A DNA stretch of 64,000 nucleotides. Origin: an uncultured Candidatus Rokubacteria bacterium. GTDB taxonomy: Bacteria > Methylomirabilota > Methylomirabilia > Rokubacteriales > CSP1-6. Position 1 is the first letter of the stretch. Every line of letters starts with the position of its first letter. The notes under the pieces were generated by a model. That model searched no databases. It worked only from the letters and a program-made list of their open reading frames with translations, and was not told where the DNA came from. The stretch lies in assembly GCA_963789955.1 (NCBI GenBank), contig CAWBMV010000015.1, forward strand, positions 64,001-128,000. Reading direction: 5' to 3'. The translations under genes were made by a program, and so were the position numbers. Below are positions 31,845 to 41,754 of the stretch, in pieces.

Positions 31845-33029
31845 TCAATAGGGCTCTTTGACGAAGATGAAGGTCGTCCCCTGCACGATCGGAGCGCTCG
31901 CGCCGACGAACGAGACGTTGACGTCCTTGACCTGGCGCTCGCCCGCGCGCCCCGACGCTTGCAGCGCGCCCTCGATGATGTGCCAGAGACCGTGGATGCG
32001 CCCCGTGCCCAGACTCCCGCCGAAGGTGTTGAGCGGAAGCTCGCCGTCCAGCTCCATCCGTCCATCCTGGATGAAATCCAGCGCTTCGCCTTCCTTGCAG
32101 AACCCGTAGGACTCGAGGCCGTAGATCACCGAAGCCGAGAACCCGTCGTAGATCTGCGCCACGTCGACATCCTTCGGCGAGAACCCTGATCGCTCCCAGG
32201 TGAGACGGGACGAGCTGCGACCGCCTTCCATGTAGCTCGACAGGCTGCCGATGCGCCCGGCTACCTCGAACGCGAGCCGCTGGCCGTAGCCGGCGATGTA
32301 CGCGGGGCGCGGCCGCAGGCCGCGCGCGCGATCGGCCGTCGTGAGGACGACGGCGACGGCGCCTTGCACCGGGATGTCGCAGTCGTAGAGACAGAACGGG
32401 TAGGCGACCATCCGCGAGCTGAGGTAGTCCTCGCGCGTGAGCGGCTGGCCGCAGAAGTACGCGTGAGGGTTCATGTGCGAGTGCCGGCGCTGCGTCACGG
32501 CCAGCGTCGCCATCTTCTCGCGGCTCTGACCATGCTTCTCCAGCCAGCGCGTGTAGGCGACGGCCATGCCCTGTCCCGGGCCGCCGAACCCGTACGGCGC
32601 GGTGAACTGCGTCGCGCCCTGCGCGTAGGTACCGGGCAGATTCTGATAGGTGCCCTTCGGATTGTGCATCGCGCGCCAGACCACCGCGTACTTGCACACG
32701 CCCGCCAGCAGCGCGTTGACGGCCTGCTGGACGGCGCCGCCGATGTTCACGGTCTCCACCTGGACGTGCCAGGAGAGATTCGGAAGCTTCAGCATCGTCA
32801 TCATGCAGTTGACCGAGACGATCGTGACGCCGTCGACCACCGCATGCCCCGTCGCCGGCAGCTCCGGATAGGTCGCCAGCCCGTCGATATCCGCCATCGC
32901 GAGCCCGGAATCTTCCACCGCGCCCTTCACCGCCTCGAGCGCGTGGGCGGCCAGCGGGACCTCGGCCGAGCGCGTCACCTTGGAGAATCCCACACCGCTC
33001 ACCGCGACCTTGCACCGGTGCTCCCACAT
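31845..33029 (-). CDS. Thiolase-like (SCP-x/lipid-transfer type) protein
   Basis: VAVSGVGFS, DIDGL, NPHA, PFCLYDCD, AQIYDGF, PLNTFGGSLGTGRIHG. Confidence 0.86.
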   Translation of the reverse strand: MWEHRCKVAVSGVGFSKVTRSAEVPLAAHALEAVKGAVEDSGLAMADIDGLATYPELPATGHAVVDGVTIVSVNCMMTMLKLPNLSWHVQVETVNIGGAVQQAVNALLAGVCKYAVVWRAMHNPKGTYQNLPGTYAQGATQFTAPYGFGGPGQGMAVAYTRWLEKHGQSREKMATLAVTQRRHSHMNPHAYFCGQPLTREDYLSSRMVAYPFCLYDCDIPVQGAVAVVLTTADRARGLRPRPAYIAGYGQRLAFEVAGRIGSLSSYMEGGRSSSRLTWERSGFSPKDVDVAQIYDGFSASVIYGLESYGFCKEGEALDFIQDGRMELDGELPLNTFGGSLGTGRIHGLWHIIEGALQASGRAGERQVKDVNVSFVGASAPIVQGTTFIFVKEPY

Positions 33030-33049
33030 GGGCCAGATGTCTCCTTGGA

Positions 33050-33484
33050 CTACTTCGCGTCGCGCGCGAGCCGGAACTGCGGCAGGGTGAAGTCGTCGTT
33101 CAGCGGCTCGAACACCACTTCGACACGACGCCCGACCTTGGCGTCGGTGTAGGGAGCCTCGAGGAGGTTGGCCGCCAGCAGGGCTCCCGGCGCGTCGTCG
33201 AGCTCGACGATGATGCTCGCGTAGGGAATCGCCGAGGCGAATCGCTTGTCGCCCGCGTGGTACATGATCGTGTAGGCGTAGATCGCGCCCTTGCCGCTGA
33301 CGGGCTCGAACGCGAGATCGGTCGCCATGCAGCTCACGCAGGTCGCGTACGGCGGATGCTGGAAGTGCTTGCAGGTCTGACAGCGCTGCAGCGCCAGCAC
33401 GCCCCGCTTGGCCGCGTCCCAGAACGGCTTCGTCCACTCGTTCGGGACAGGAATCGGCCGGGTCACCTTGCTCCAGTCGCTCAT
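33050..33484 (-). CDS. DUF35 Zn-ribbon/OB-fold protein (ChsH2-like thiolase partner)
   Basis: PFWDAAKRGVLALQRCQTC..HPPYATCVSC..VSGKGAIYAYT..LPQFR. Confidence 0.9.
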   Translation of the reverse strand: MSDWSKVTRPIPVPNEWTKPFWDAAKRGVLALQRCQTCKHFQHPPYATCVSCMATDLAFEPVSGKGAIYAYTIMYHAGDKRFASAIPYASIIVELDDAPGALLAANLLEAPYTDAKVGRRVEVVFEPLNDDFTLPQFRLARDAK

Positions 33485-33531
33485 CGTCACGGCCTCCGTG
33501 TCGAGCCGCGCCATCACCCGACACGTCAGCC

Positions 33532-33560
33532 ATAATGTTGGCGACGGAAGGCTATGTCAA
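33532..33560 (-). promoter_or_regulatory. Putative sigma70 promoter of the DUF35-thiolase-mltA unit
   Basis: Minus strand TTGACA-17 nt-CATTAT upstream of ATG 33484. Confidence 0.6.
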
Positions 33561-33566
33561 GGGTCC

Positions 33567-33764
33567 TCAGGGCCGGGCGACAGGTCTCTCCAGCTCGATC
33601 CGGAAGGCGTGCCACTCGCGCAGCGCCTCGTCGTAGCGGGCGAGTATCTGGGAGCGCTTGTGGTCGAAGCGCATCCGCTCGACGGTCGCGCCCGCGAGCA
33701 TGCCGAACCCAAGCAGATACAAGGCGAGTCCGATCCCGATGAGCGTCATCCTGCCCGTGTTCAT
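33567..33764 (-). CDS. Small membrane-anchored hypothetical protein (65 aa)
   Basis: AAAGGGGA RBS; MNTGRMTLIGIGLALYLLGFGMLAG followed by a charged helix. Confidence 0.6.
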   Translation of the reverse strand: MNTGRMTLIGIGLALYLLGFGMLAGATVERMRFDHKRSQILARYDEALREWHAFRIELERPVARP

Positions 33765-33824
33765 GCCGTCCCCCTTTCTGAATCCCTCGAGCGCCACTCG
33801 AGCATCTCTGGGCGAGGAGCAGAG

Positions 33825-33840
33825 AGCAGTCGTCATGCCA
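33825..33840 (-). promoter_or_regulatory. Putative sigma54 promoter
   Basis: Minus strand TGGCATGACGACTGCT (GG-N10-GC), about 60 nt upstream of ATG 33764. Confidence 0.55.
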
Positions 33841-34115
33841 CGAGCCCACGCGCATTCGATTTCCATGGTTTCAGGTCATCGCGCAGCCGGATCATGTGGC
33901 GAGGCGATGGCCGATTGCCCGGATCGTCGGGCGAAAAGTCGCGACAACGGCGAGACCCGGCTGAACATCGCGTTCCGGACCATCCCAGGGACCTATCAAG
34001 TGCTGAAGTCTCACGCAGATGCGGCAGGTCATGAGGGGCTAGGCTCGGCCCCGCACCTCGGCTACAGTAGAGAGAACGATAGTCTGTCTATCGGCTTGCC
34101 TCTGGGAGTCCGGCA

Positions 34116-34508
34116 ATGAGATATGTCCTCGCGGTTCTCGTCCTCTTCGCCGTGCAGGCCTCATCGTCCGAGGTACTCGGAGCAGGCGCGAGCTCGACGG
34201 CCGGGCCGCGCGTCGTCTTTGGCGTCGATGCGAAGGCCGGCCATCGTTACCTCCAGCTGACGGAGCGGGGACCGGCCTATCCGACCGCGGACGTCAACTG
34301 CGATGGCAACCGAGGCACGATGACCTTGACTCGCTCGAGCAGCACGGGCAACCGCACGGTCGCGATCTATGCGGTGCCGCCGAAGGTGTCCGAGGTCATG
34401 CTGAAGGCCGCGGAATGTCGGCTCATGCTTCCCGGTCAGGAGATCGCGCTCGGCCGGCAGCAGATCCGCGCCGGGTGGTCGCCTCAAGCCCAGACCGCGA
34501 AGCACTGA
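34116..34508 (+). CDS. Secreted hypothetical protein
   Basis: GGAG RBS, Sec signal MRYVLAVLVLFAVQA, two Cys. Confidence 0.6.
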   Translation: MRYVLAVLVLFAVQASSSEVLGAGASSTAGPRVVFGVDAKAGHRYLQLTERGPAYPTADVNCDGNRGTMTLTRSSSTGNRTVAIYAVPPKVSEVMLKAAECRLMLPGQEIALGRQQIRAGWSPQAQTAKH

Positions 34509-34624
34509 GCCCAGCGCCTCCTCCGCGCGCCGTACTCGGCGCGAGGTTGACCAGCCTCCTCGCGAGGAGCCAAAGTTGCCGCGCGTTTCGTTCCTGAAAC
34601 CTGGCGACGCGGGGGAGGCGCTGC

Positions 34625-35290
34625 ATGGGCTGCGCTCAGTGCCGGCACGAGAACCACCCGGACGCCAGCTTTTGCGATGAGTGCGGATACGTTAGCCCCC
34701 GGCGCACTCCCGCACGGCGCCGACCTCGTCGCTCTCCGCCGCGGCTGATCGAAGTCGTCGCCGCGATCGGCATCGTGGTCACGGGGCTCTCCGTGATCTC
34801 CGGCATCGTCGTCGCCAGTCCCCACTGGCAGCGCATCATCGCGTCGTGGCGGGAAAGCGTCGCGGCGCGCTGGGCGAGCTCGCGGCCGGCGATCGGCACG
34901 CCAACCGAAACGACCCCGCCGGCGGCGCACAATGCCACGGTCCGTGGTGAATCGCCCGCGTATCCGGCACTCGGCGCCGCCGAGGTGATCGCCATCCAGC
35001 CGCAGGCGATTCGCCCCAACGGGCCCGAGGTTCAGCCGCCAACCGCCGGCTCTGTTCCCATGCGGCCGGCTCGAGCCCAGGAACCGATGCGGTCCGCGCC
35101 GGTCCGAGCTCAGTCGGACTCGACGCAGGTGATGGCCACCCTGCTGGTCTCGCAGCTAGGCCAGGACCCGGCGTGGCGGACGGCGCTGGCCAATGCGGAT
35201 GCTCACTCGCCTGATAGCCCTGAGCATGCTTATTGGCGCAGCGTGGCCACGGCGATCCGAGACGGCGGCGGCCTGCGCTCACGACCGTGA
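34625..35290 (+). CDS. Zinc-ribbon single-TM protein
   Basis: GGAGG RBS; CAQC..N..DASFCDECG, TM helix, Pro/Ala-rich linker. Confidence 0.68.
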   Translation: MGCAQCRHENHPDASFCDECGYVSPRRTPARRRPRRSPPRLIEVVAAIGIVVTGLSVISGIVVASPHWQRIIASWRESVAARWASSRPAIGTPTETTPPAAHNATVRGESPAYPALGAAEVIAIQPQAIRPNGPEVQPPTAGSVPMRPARAQEPMRSAPVRAQSDSTQVMATLLVSQLGQDPAWRTALANADAHSPDSPEHAYWRSVATAIRDGGGLRSRP

Positions 35291-35300
35291 TGTCGCGCGG

Positions 35301-36312
35301 TCAGTCGAGCAGCTTGGCGTGGTAGGGATACGTACAGATCAATTTCGCGCCGTCGGCCGTGACCAGCACCTGGTCCTCGAGCTTGACGCCGAACGGCGCA
35401 CCGGGCTTGCCGCGTAGCACTCGAGACGCAGGACCATGTTCTCCTTGAGCTCGCGCTCGGGCATGATGCGGCGCGGGCCGCGATCGTCGTCGGGGTAGGG
35501 GATGCCGGGCCCTTCGTCCTCGAGCCCGGCTGGTGCACCATCGTCGGTAGCGCTGCGCCGCGTACGCCGCCAGCAGCCGGGGCGCTTTCGCCGCGAACTC
35601 CGCGAAGCTCGAGCCCGGCCGCGCGAGATCGAGCGTGCCGTTGACGCAGTCGTAGGCGACCCGGTACGCCTCCTTCGTGCTCGGTTGTCGGCGTGTCGCC
35701 GCACAGGAACGTCCGCGAGACGTCGATCACGTAGCCCTCATAGCCGTTCGCGTCGGTGTCGACGCCACGAGATCACCGGGCATGACGACCTTGTCGTGCG
35801 CCTCAGTGAGCCACGGGTTCGTGTTCGTGCCCGAGGGCGCAGGCGGGTGAACAGTCCTTCGCCGTAGCGACGCAGCAGCGCGTCGCTCAGCAGCGCCGGC
35901 AGTTCGAACTCGCAGATATCCGGACGGATCGCCGCCTCGAACTCGTTGAGCATCGCGTCCCCGATGCCGCCGTTGATCGCGAAGAGCGCGACTCTTCCAG
36001 CGTATTCACCTCGCGCGCGTCGACCGTCGCGGCGGCGACATCGGCGATCGCGATGCCTTCCTCTTGCAGGGCCAGGAATCCGGCGGTATCGACCTTGTCG
36101 ACGGCGAGGCGCTCGCGCTCGAGCCGAGCTCGCGCAGGGCCGAACGGATCGAGCGCGCCACTCGCGCGCCTTGTCGCGGGCCGCGATGCCGCCGTATTGC
36201 CAGGTGTAGGCGGGGCGGACGTCGTGGACGACCTTTTGCGAGACGTGGATCGAGCCTTGTACTCGAACAGGATCGGCGCGCCTCGGCCGGCACGAGGCAG
36301 TAGCGGCTCTCG
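35301..36312 (-). pseudogene. M24 metallopeptidase-fold protein, DddP-like; N-terminus missing, many indels
   Basis: SRYCLVPAEG.PILFEY, NTNPWLTEA, DTDANGYEGYVIDVSRTF, H..GLEDEGP.IPYP, ENMVL.LECYA, VKLEDQVLVT, CTYPY. Confidence 0.7.
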
Positions 36313-36694
36313 GGACGCAGAACCCGAACTATGGGCACGCACCAACGCGAGTTCGCGCTCGATCAACTGCGGTTACGCGGTCATCACGGCCGACGGACGG
36401 CCATCCGCGCTCGCCGCCGCTCCGCGGCTCGCGCTCGGCGTGCTGCTGCTCGGCCCGCACGCGCACTACCCTCTGCATGCGCATCCGGCCGTCGAGATCT
36501 ACTACACGCTGACCTCGGGCGGCGAGTGGTGGCGAGACGAGGGGCCGTGGCGGCAAGAGCCGCCGGTTCGGTGATCCATCACGCGCGAACGTGCACCACG
36601 CGACGCGCGCCGGCACCGCTGCGCTCCTAGCGATCTACCTCTGGCGCGGCGAGCTGGCGACCACCGACTAGACGCCGCCGGCAAACCGCGATGA
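36312..36694 (+). pseudogene. DMSP-lyase-family (DddQ/DddL-like) cupin, C-terminal part only
   Basis: QNPNY..GYAVIT..RLALGVLLLGPHAHYPLHAHPAVEIYYTL..GEWW..SVIHH..HHATR..LLAIYLWRGEL. Confidence 0.68.
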
Positions 36695-36719
36695 GGCAAG
36701 TCGCGGCGTCGAATCACTC

Positions 36720-37866
36720 GTGTATCGTCCGGTCGTGCCCAGACAGCGCGACGGAAGAAGACCTCGCGGAAGCCTGGGCTTGCTGGAGCGGCTCGCCGCC
36801 GGTCCGGTGATCTGCGCCGAGGGCTACCTCTTCGAGTTCGAGCGCCGCGGCTACCTGCAGGCCGGCGCCTACGTGCCGGAGGTCGTGCTCGAGCATCCGG
36901 AGGCTGGTCGAGGGCACTGCAGCCGCGAGTTCGTGCACGCCGGCTCGGACGTCGTCGAGGCGTTCACCTACTACGGCCATCGCGAGAAGCTGCGGATCGA
37001 TCGGCAAGGAGGACCTGCTCGAGCAGCTCAACCGCGACGCGCTGGCGATCGCCGACGAAGGTCGCCGGCGAGACCGGCGCGCTGTCGGCCGGCGACATCT
37101 GCAACACCAACGTCTATTCGACCCGACGACGCGCAGTCCGCGCAAGCCGTGCGCGCGCATGTTCGACGAGCAGGTCGGCTGGGCGGTCGAGGCGGGCGTC
37201 GACTTCGTCATCGGCGAGACGTTCTCGTGGGCGACGAGGCCTTCATCGCGCTCGACGTCGATCAAGCGAGACCGGGCTGCCGTCGGTCATCACGCTTGTC
37301 GATCCACCGCGCAGGCCGAGATGCGCGAGGGCTGGCGCCCGGAGGAGACCTGCAAGCGGCTCGCAGGACGCCGGGCGCCGACGTCGTCGGGCTGAACTGC
37401 ATCGCGCGGGCCCGAAGACGATGCTGCCGCTGCTGCGGCGGATCCGCGCGGCGTCGACCTGCCACGTCGCCGCGCTGCCGGTCCCGTACCGCACGACGCG
37501 AGGCCGAGCCGAGCTTCCAGTCGCTGAGCGATCGCACGGCGCGAGTCGCGAGCTCCCCGACGGCCGGCCGTTCCCGACCGCGCTCGACCCGTTCCTGATG
37601 CAACCGCTACGAGATCGCCGAGTTCGCCCGCGAGGCGCTACGCGCTCGGCGCGTCGCTACCTCGGCGTCTGCTGCGGCGCCGGGCCGCACCACATCCGCA
37701 GCATGGCCGAGGCGCTCGGGCGGCGACCGGCGGCGAGCCGCTACTCGCCGACATGTCCAAGCACATCCTCTTCGGCTCCGACGAGCGCCTGCGTCAAGAC
37801 TACCTGGACTACGCCCGCCGCAACTATCGCGCGCCGCGTCCGGCTGAGTCGCCGGCGGCGCGATGA
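36720..37866 (+). CDS. Betaine-homocysteine S-methyltransferase-like (homocysteine S-methyltransferase family), frameshifted
   Basis: [85 protein letters not shown]. Confidence 0.85.
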
Positions 37867-38810
37867 AGCGCTTCGTCGTCAAGCATCTGCTGTTCCTGCT
37901 GCTGACCCTGTTCGCCGTCTCCTTGCTCGTCTTCACCCTCAACGAATTCGCGCCCGGCGATGTCGCGCGCAAGATGCTCGGCGCCTACGCGACGCAGGAG
38001 CAGGTCGAGCTGCTGACGACGCAGCTCGGTCTCGATCGTCCGGTGCTCGTGCGCTACGTCGAATATCTGGGGGTGCTGGCCTCGGGGGATTTCGGCCACT
38101 CCACGCGCTTCAAGCTTCCGGTGCGGACGTGATCTTCGAGCGGCTGGTGAACACGGCGTTGCTCGCGGCGATCGCCTTCGCGTGATCGTGCCGTTGTCGA
38201 CGGTGTTCGGCGTGGTTGCGGGCATGCGCGAGGCGTCACGACTCGACCGCGCGATCCTGATGTTCAGCACAATGGTCGCGTCGATGGCCGAATTCGCGAT
38301 CGGCGTGTTCCTGGCCAGCGTGTTCGCCGTCTGGCTCGGCTGGCTGCCGGGCACGTCGACCTTGCTCGCCGCGGGCGGCTGGTCGATCGGCAGCGCAGCT
38401 CGTGCTGCCGGTTGCGGTGATGGCGCTCTACGGCACGGTCGTCCTGGTCGGGCATGATCCGCGCGTCGATGGTCGACGTGATGCGGCAGCCGTATATCCG
38501 CACCGCGGTGCTGAAGGGGATGAGGTTCGCGCGGTGATCGTGAGGCGATGCGTGGCGCAATGCGATGATCGCGCGTTTGACTGTGATCGTGCTGCAGATC
38601 AACTATCTGATCGCCGGCGTCGTGGTCGTCGAAACGGTGTTCGCCTATCCGGGGTTCGGCCGGATGATGCTGGAGGCGGCGATGTTCGAGGACATCGCGC
38701 TGGTCGAGGCTGGAGCGCTGGTCGCGGTGTTGATCGCCGTCGTCACGAACATGGTCGGCGATCTCGCCTATATGCTGCTCGATCCGCATCCGGTCCAGAA
38801 CGATGAGCAC
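37863..38810 (+). CDS. Dpp/Opp ABC transporter permease (DppB-like), frameshifted
   Basis: APGDVARKMLG, GLDRPVLVRY, GDFGHS, YIRTAVLKG, VVVETVFAYPGFGR, DLAYMLLDP. Confidence 0.85.
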
Positions 38811-39698
38811 CCCGATCGCCGCCGAGAACCTCTACGCGTCGTCGCCGGCGGCATCGCGCGGCCGTACGCTCCGGCGTTGGAGACGACGATCGAGCTCCTG
38901 GGCGAATCGACGCCGGCCACCGTGGGCATCGTCATCATCCTGGCCTGGGTCGCGCTGGCGCTGCTCGCCCCGCTGATCGCGCCGTATGCGCCGAACGCCA
39001 GCGATATCGCGGCGCTCGCCGACACGACGCCGTCGCGACGCGCACTGGCTGGGCGTGGATCATCTCGGGCGAGATATCCTCTCGCGGATTCTGTGGGGTG
39101 CGCGGACGGTGCTACGTGTCGCGCCGATCGCCGTGGTCGGCGCGGCGCACTCGGGGCGCTGCTCGGCCTGGTCGCCGGCTACTACGGTCGCGGATCGACG
39201 TGGTGATAAGCGCATTTGCGACATCGTGCTCTCGTTCCCGGTGATCATCCTCTACATGATCATCCTGGCCAAATTCGGCGCGTCGGCGTGGAACATCGTC
39301 GGCGTCATGACGTTGACCAAGGCGCCGATCATCGAGCGCATGGTGCGCGGCATGACGCTCGATCTGCGCGAGCGCGAATATGTCGCGCCGCGAAGATGCG
39401 CGGGGAGTCGGCGCTCTACATCATGCTGGTCGAGATCCTGCCGAACGCGCGCGGACCGCTCGTCGTCGACATGTGCCTGCGCACCGGCTACAACGTGATC
39501 ATCATCGGCGCGCTGGGCTTCCTCGGCATCGGCCTGCCGCCGCCCGATCCGGACTGGGGCGGCATGGTCAAGGACACGTACGGGATGATGATGGTGTGGC
39601 CGCACATGGCGCTGTTCCCGTGCGCCGCGATCTCGTCCCTCGTCGTCGGCTTCAACCTGCTCGCGGTCGGGCTGCGGGAGCTGGGTCTCCGTGACTGA
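38803..39698 (+). CDS. Dpp/Opp ABC transporter permease (DppC-like), frameshifted
   Basis: APLIAPY, HWLGVDHLGRDILSRILWGAR, REREYV, EILPN, LGFLGIGLPPPDPDWGGM, GFNLLA.GLRE. Confidence 0.85.
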
Positions 39699-41754
39699 CG
39701 GCCCGCTGCTCGACGTCCGGGATCTGCGTCATCGCGTGCATGACGCGCGCCGGTGAGGCTGTCGTCGTGCCGGGTGTCAGCTTCCAGCTGAACGCGGGCG
39801 AGGCCCTCGGGCTCGTCGGCGAGTCCGGGTGCGGCAAGTCCACGGTCGCGCTGTCGATCGTGCGCTATCTCGGACGCGCCGGCCGGATCACCGGCGGCAG
39901 CATCCTGTTCGAGGGGCGCGAGCTGACGACCCTCGACGAGACAGGGCTCCGCGCGATTCGCGGCCGGCGCATCGCCATGGTCTATCAGGACCCGATGGCG
40001 AGCCTGAATTCCGTCATGACCGTCGGCCGCCAGCTGATGGAAGCGCCGATGACCCACGAAGGCGTGTCCGCCTCGGCGGCGCGCGCCCGCGCCCTGGCGA
40101 TGCTCGCCGAGGTCAAGCTGGCCGACCCGGAGGCCGTGATGGATCGGTATCCGCACCAGCTCTCGGGCGGCCAGCAGCAGCGAATCGTGATCGCGATGGC
40201 ACTGATCACGGGCACGGCGTTGCTGATCATGGACGAGCCGACGACCGGGCTGGACGTGACCGTCGAGGCCGCGGTGCTCGATCTGGTCCGTGAGCTTCGC
40301 AGCCGGCATCACTCGGCGATCCTGTTCATCAGCCACAACCTCGGCAGCGTCGTGCGGGTCTGTGACCGCGTCGCCGTCATGTACCGAGGCGAGCTCGTCG
40401 AGGACGGTCCGGTGCGCCGGATCTTCACCAACCCGCGGCACCCCGACACGCGCGGACTTCTCGATCGCCTGCCGACGCTCGGGAGCGACAAGCGACAGGC
40501 GCCGCTGGTGCCGATCGCGGGCCAGGTCGAGTCGGCGCTGGTCCGTTCACCAGGCTGCGGCTTCGCCGGCCGGTGCGCGCACGTCGAGATCGGCCGGCGC
40601 ACGTCGCGTCCGATCCCGTCTGCGACGGTGTGCGAAGAGCCTGATCATCGCGTCGCGTGTGCGCGGGCCGACGAGCTCTCGCGCTGGACCCGACGGAGCG
40701 GCGCGGACGTCGCGCACGAAGCCGCAGGGCCGGGTGAGCCGATGGTCGCGGTCCATCATCTGACCAAGACCTACGAGCCCAGGCGGCGCGGCTTCCGCGG
40801 ATCACGAGCGCCGGTGCGGGCGGTCTCCGACGTCGATCTCGCGGCGGCGCGCGGCCGGACGCTCGCCATCGTCGGCGAGTCCGGCTGCGGCAAATCGACG
40901 ATCGCGAAGGTGCTGAGCGGCCTCGAGGTCGCGACCGCGGGCGGCGTCACCCTCGACGGCGTCGAGGTCGGTGCGCTCGCCGTCGATGCGCGGAGTCCGC
41001 GCTGAAGCGCAAGCTTCAGATGGTGTTCCAGAACCCCGATAGCACCTTGAATCCGAGTCACACCGTGGGCTATGCCATCGGCCGCGCGTTGCGACGCCTG
41101 CAAGGCCGTGCCCCGGGCGACCTGACCGATGGCGTCGCCCGCCTGCTCGAGGTCGTCAAGCTCTCGCCGGCGATGGCGGCGCGCAAGCCGCGCCATCTTT
41201 CGGGAGGGGAGAAGCAGCGCGCCGCGATCGCGCGGGCGCTGGCGGGCGATCCGGATGTGATCGTAGCGGACGAGCCGGTTTCCGCGCTCGACGTGTCGGT
41301 GCAGGCGGCGATCGTGAACCTCCTGACCGAGATCCAGGCGGCTCACGGCACGACGCTCGTGTTCATCTCGCACGATCTCGCCGTCGTTCGCTACCTGGCG
41401 GACACGGTCGCGGTGATGTACCTGGGTACTGTCGCCGAGCTCGGCCCGGTCGAGCGCGTGTTCACGCCGCTGTACCATCCTTATACCGAGGCGCTCCTGT
41501 CGGCCGTGCCGGTTCCCGATCTGGATCGCGCCGTCGCGCGCATCCTGCTCGAAGGCCGAGTGCCGAGCGCCGGCGAGATTCCGCCGGGTTGCCCGTTCGC
41601 GACCCGCTGTCCCCGGCGCATCGGCGCCATCTGCGACGAGACGCCGCCGCCGGTACAGCGGTTCGGCGATCACCGCATCGCCTGCCACATTCCGGGTGTC
41701 GAGCTCCGGCGACTACAAACGGACCTTGTCGAGCCGCGTACGACTGGACGATGA
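39691..41754 (+). CDS. Dpp/Opp ABC transporter ATP-binding protein, fused DppD+DppF; frameshifts near 39730 and 41000
   Basis: Two GESGCGKST Walker A motifs, LSGGQQQR and LSGGEKQR, DEPTTGLD and DEPVSALD, two oligo_HPY tails. Confidence 0.86.

Noticed and set aside
41000..41008. In-frame TGA in the ABC ATPase as possible selenocysteine/recoding
   Set aside because: Homology continues in a different frame (LKRKLQMVF) and the position is not a Cys site, so it is an indel
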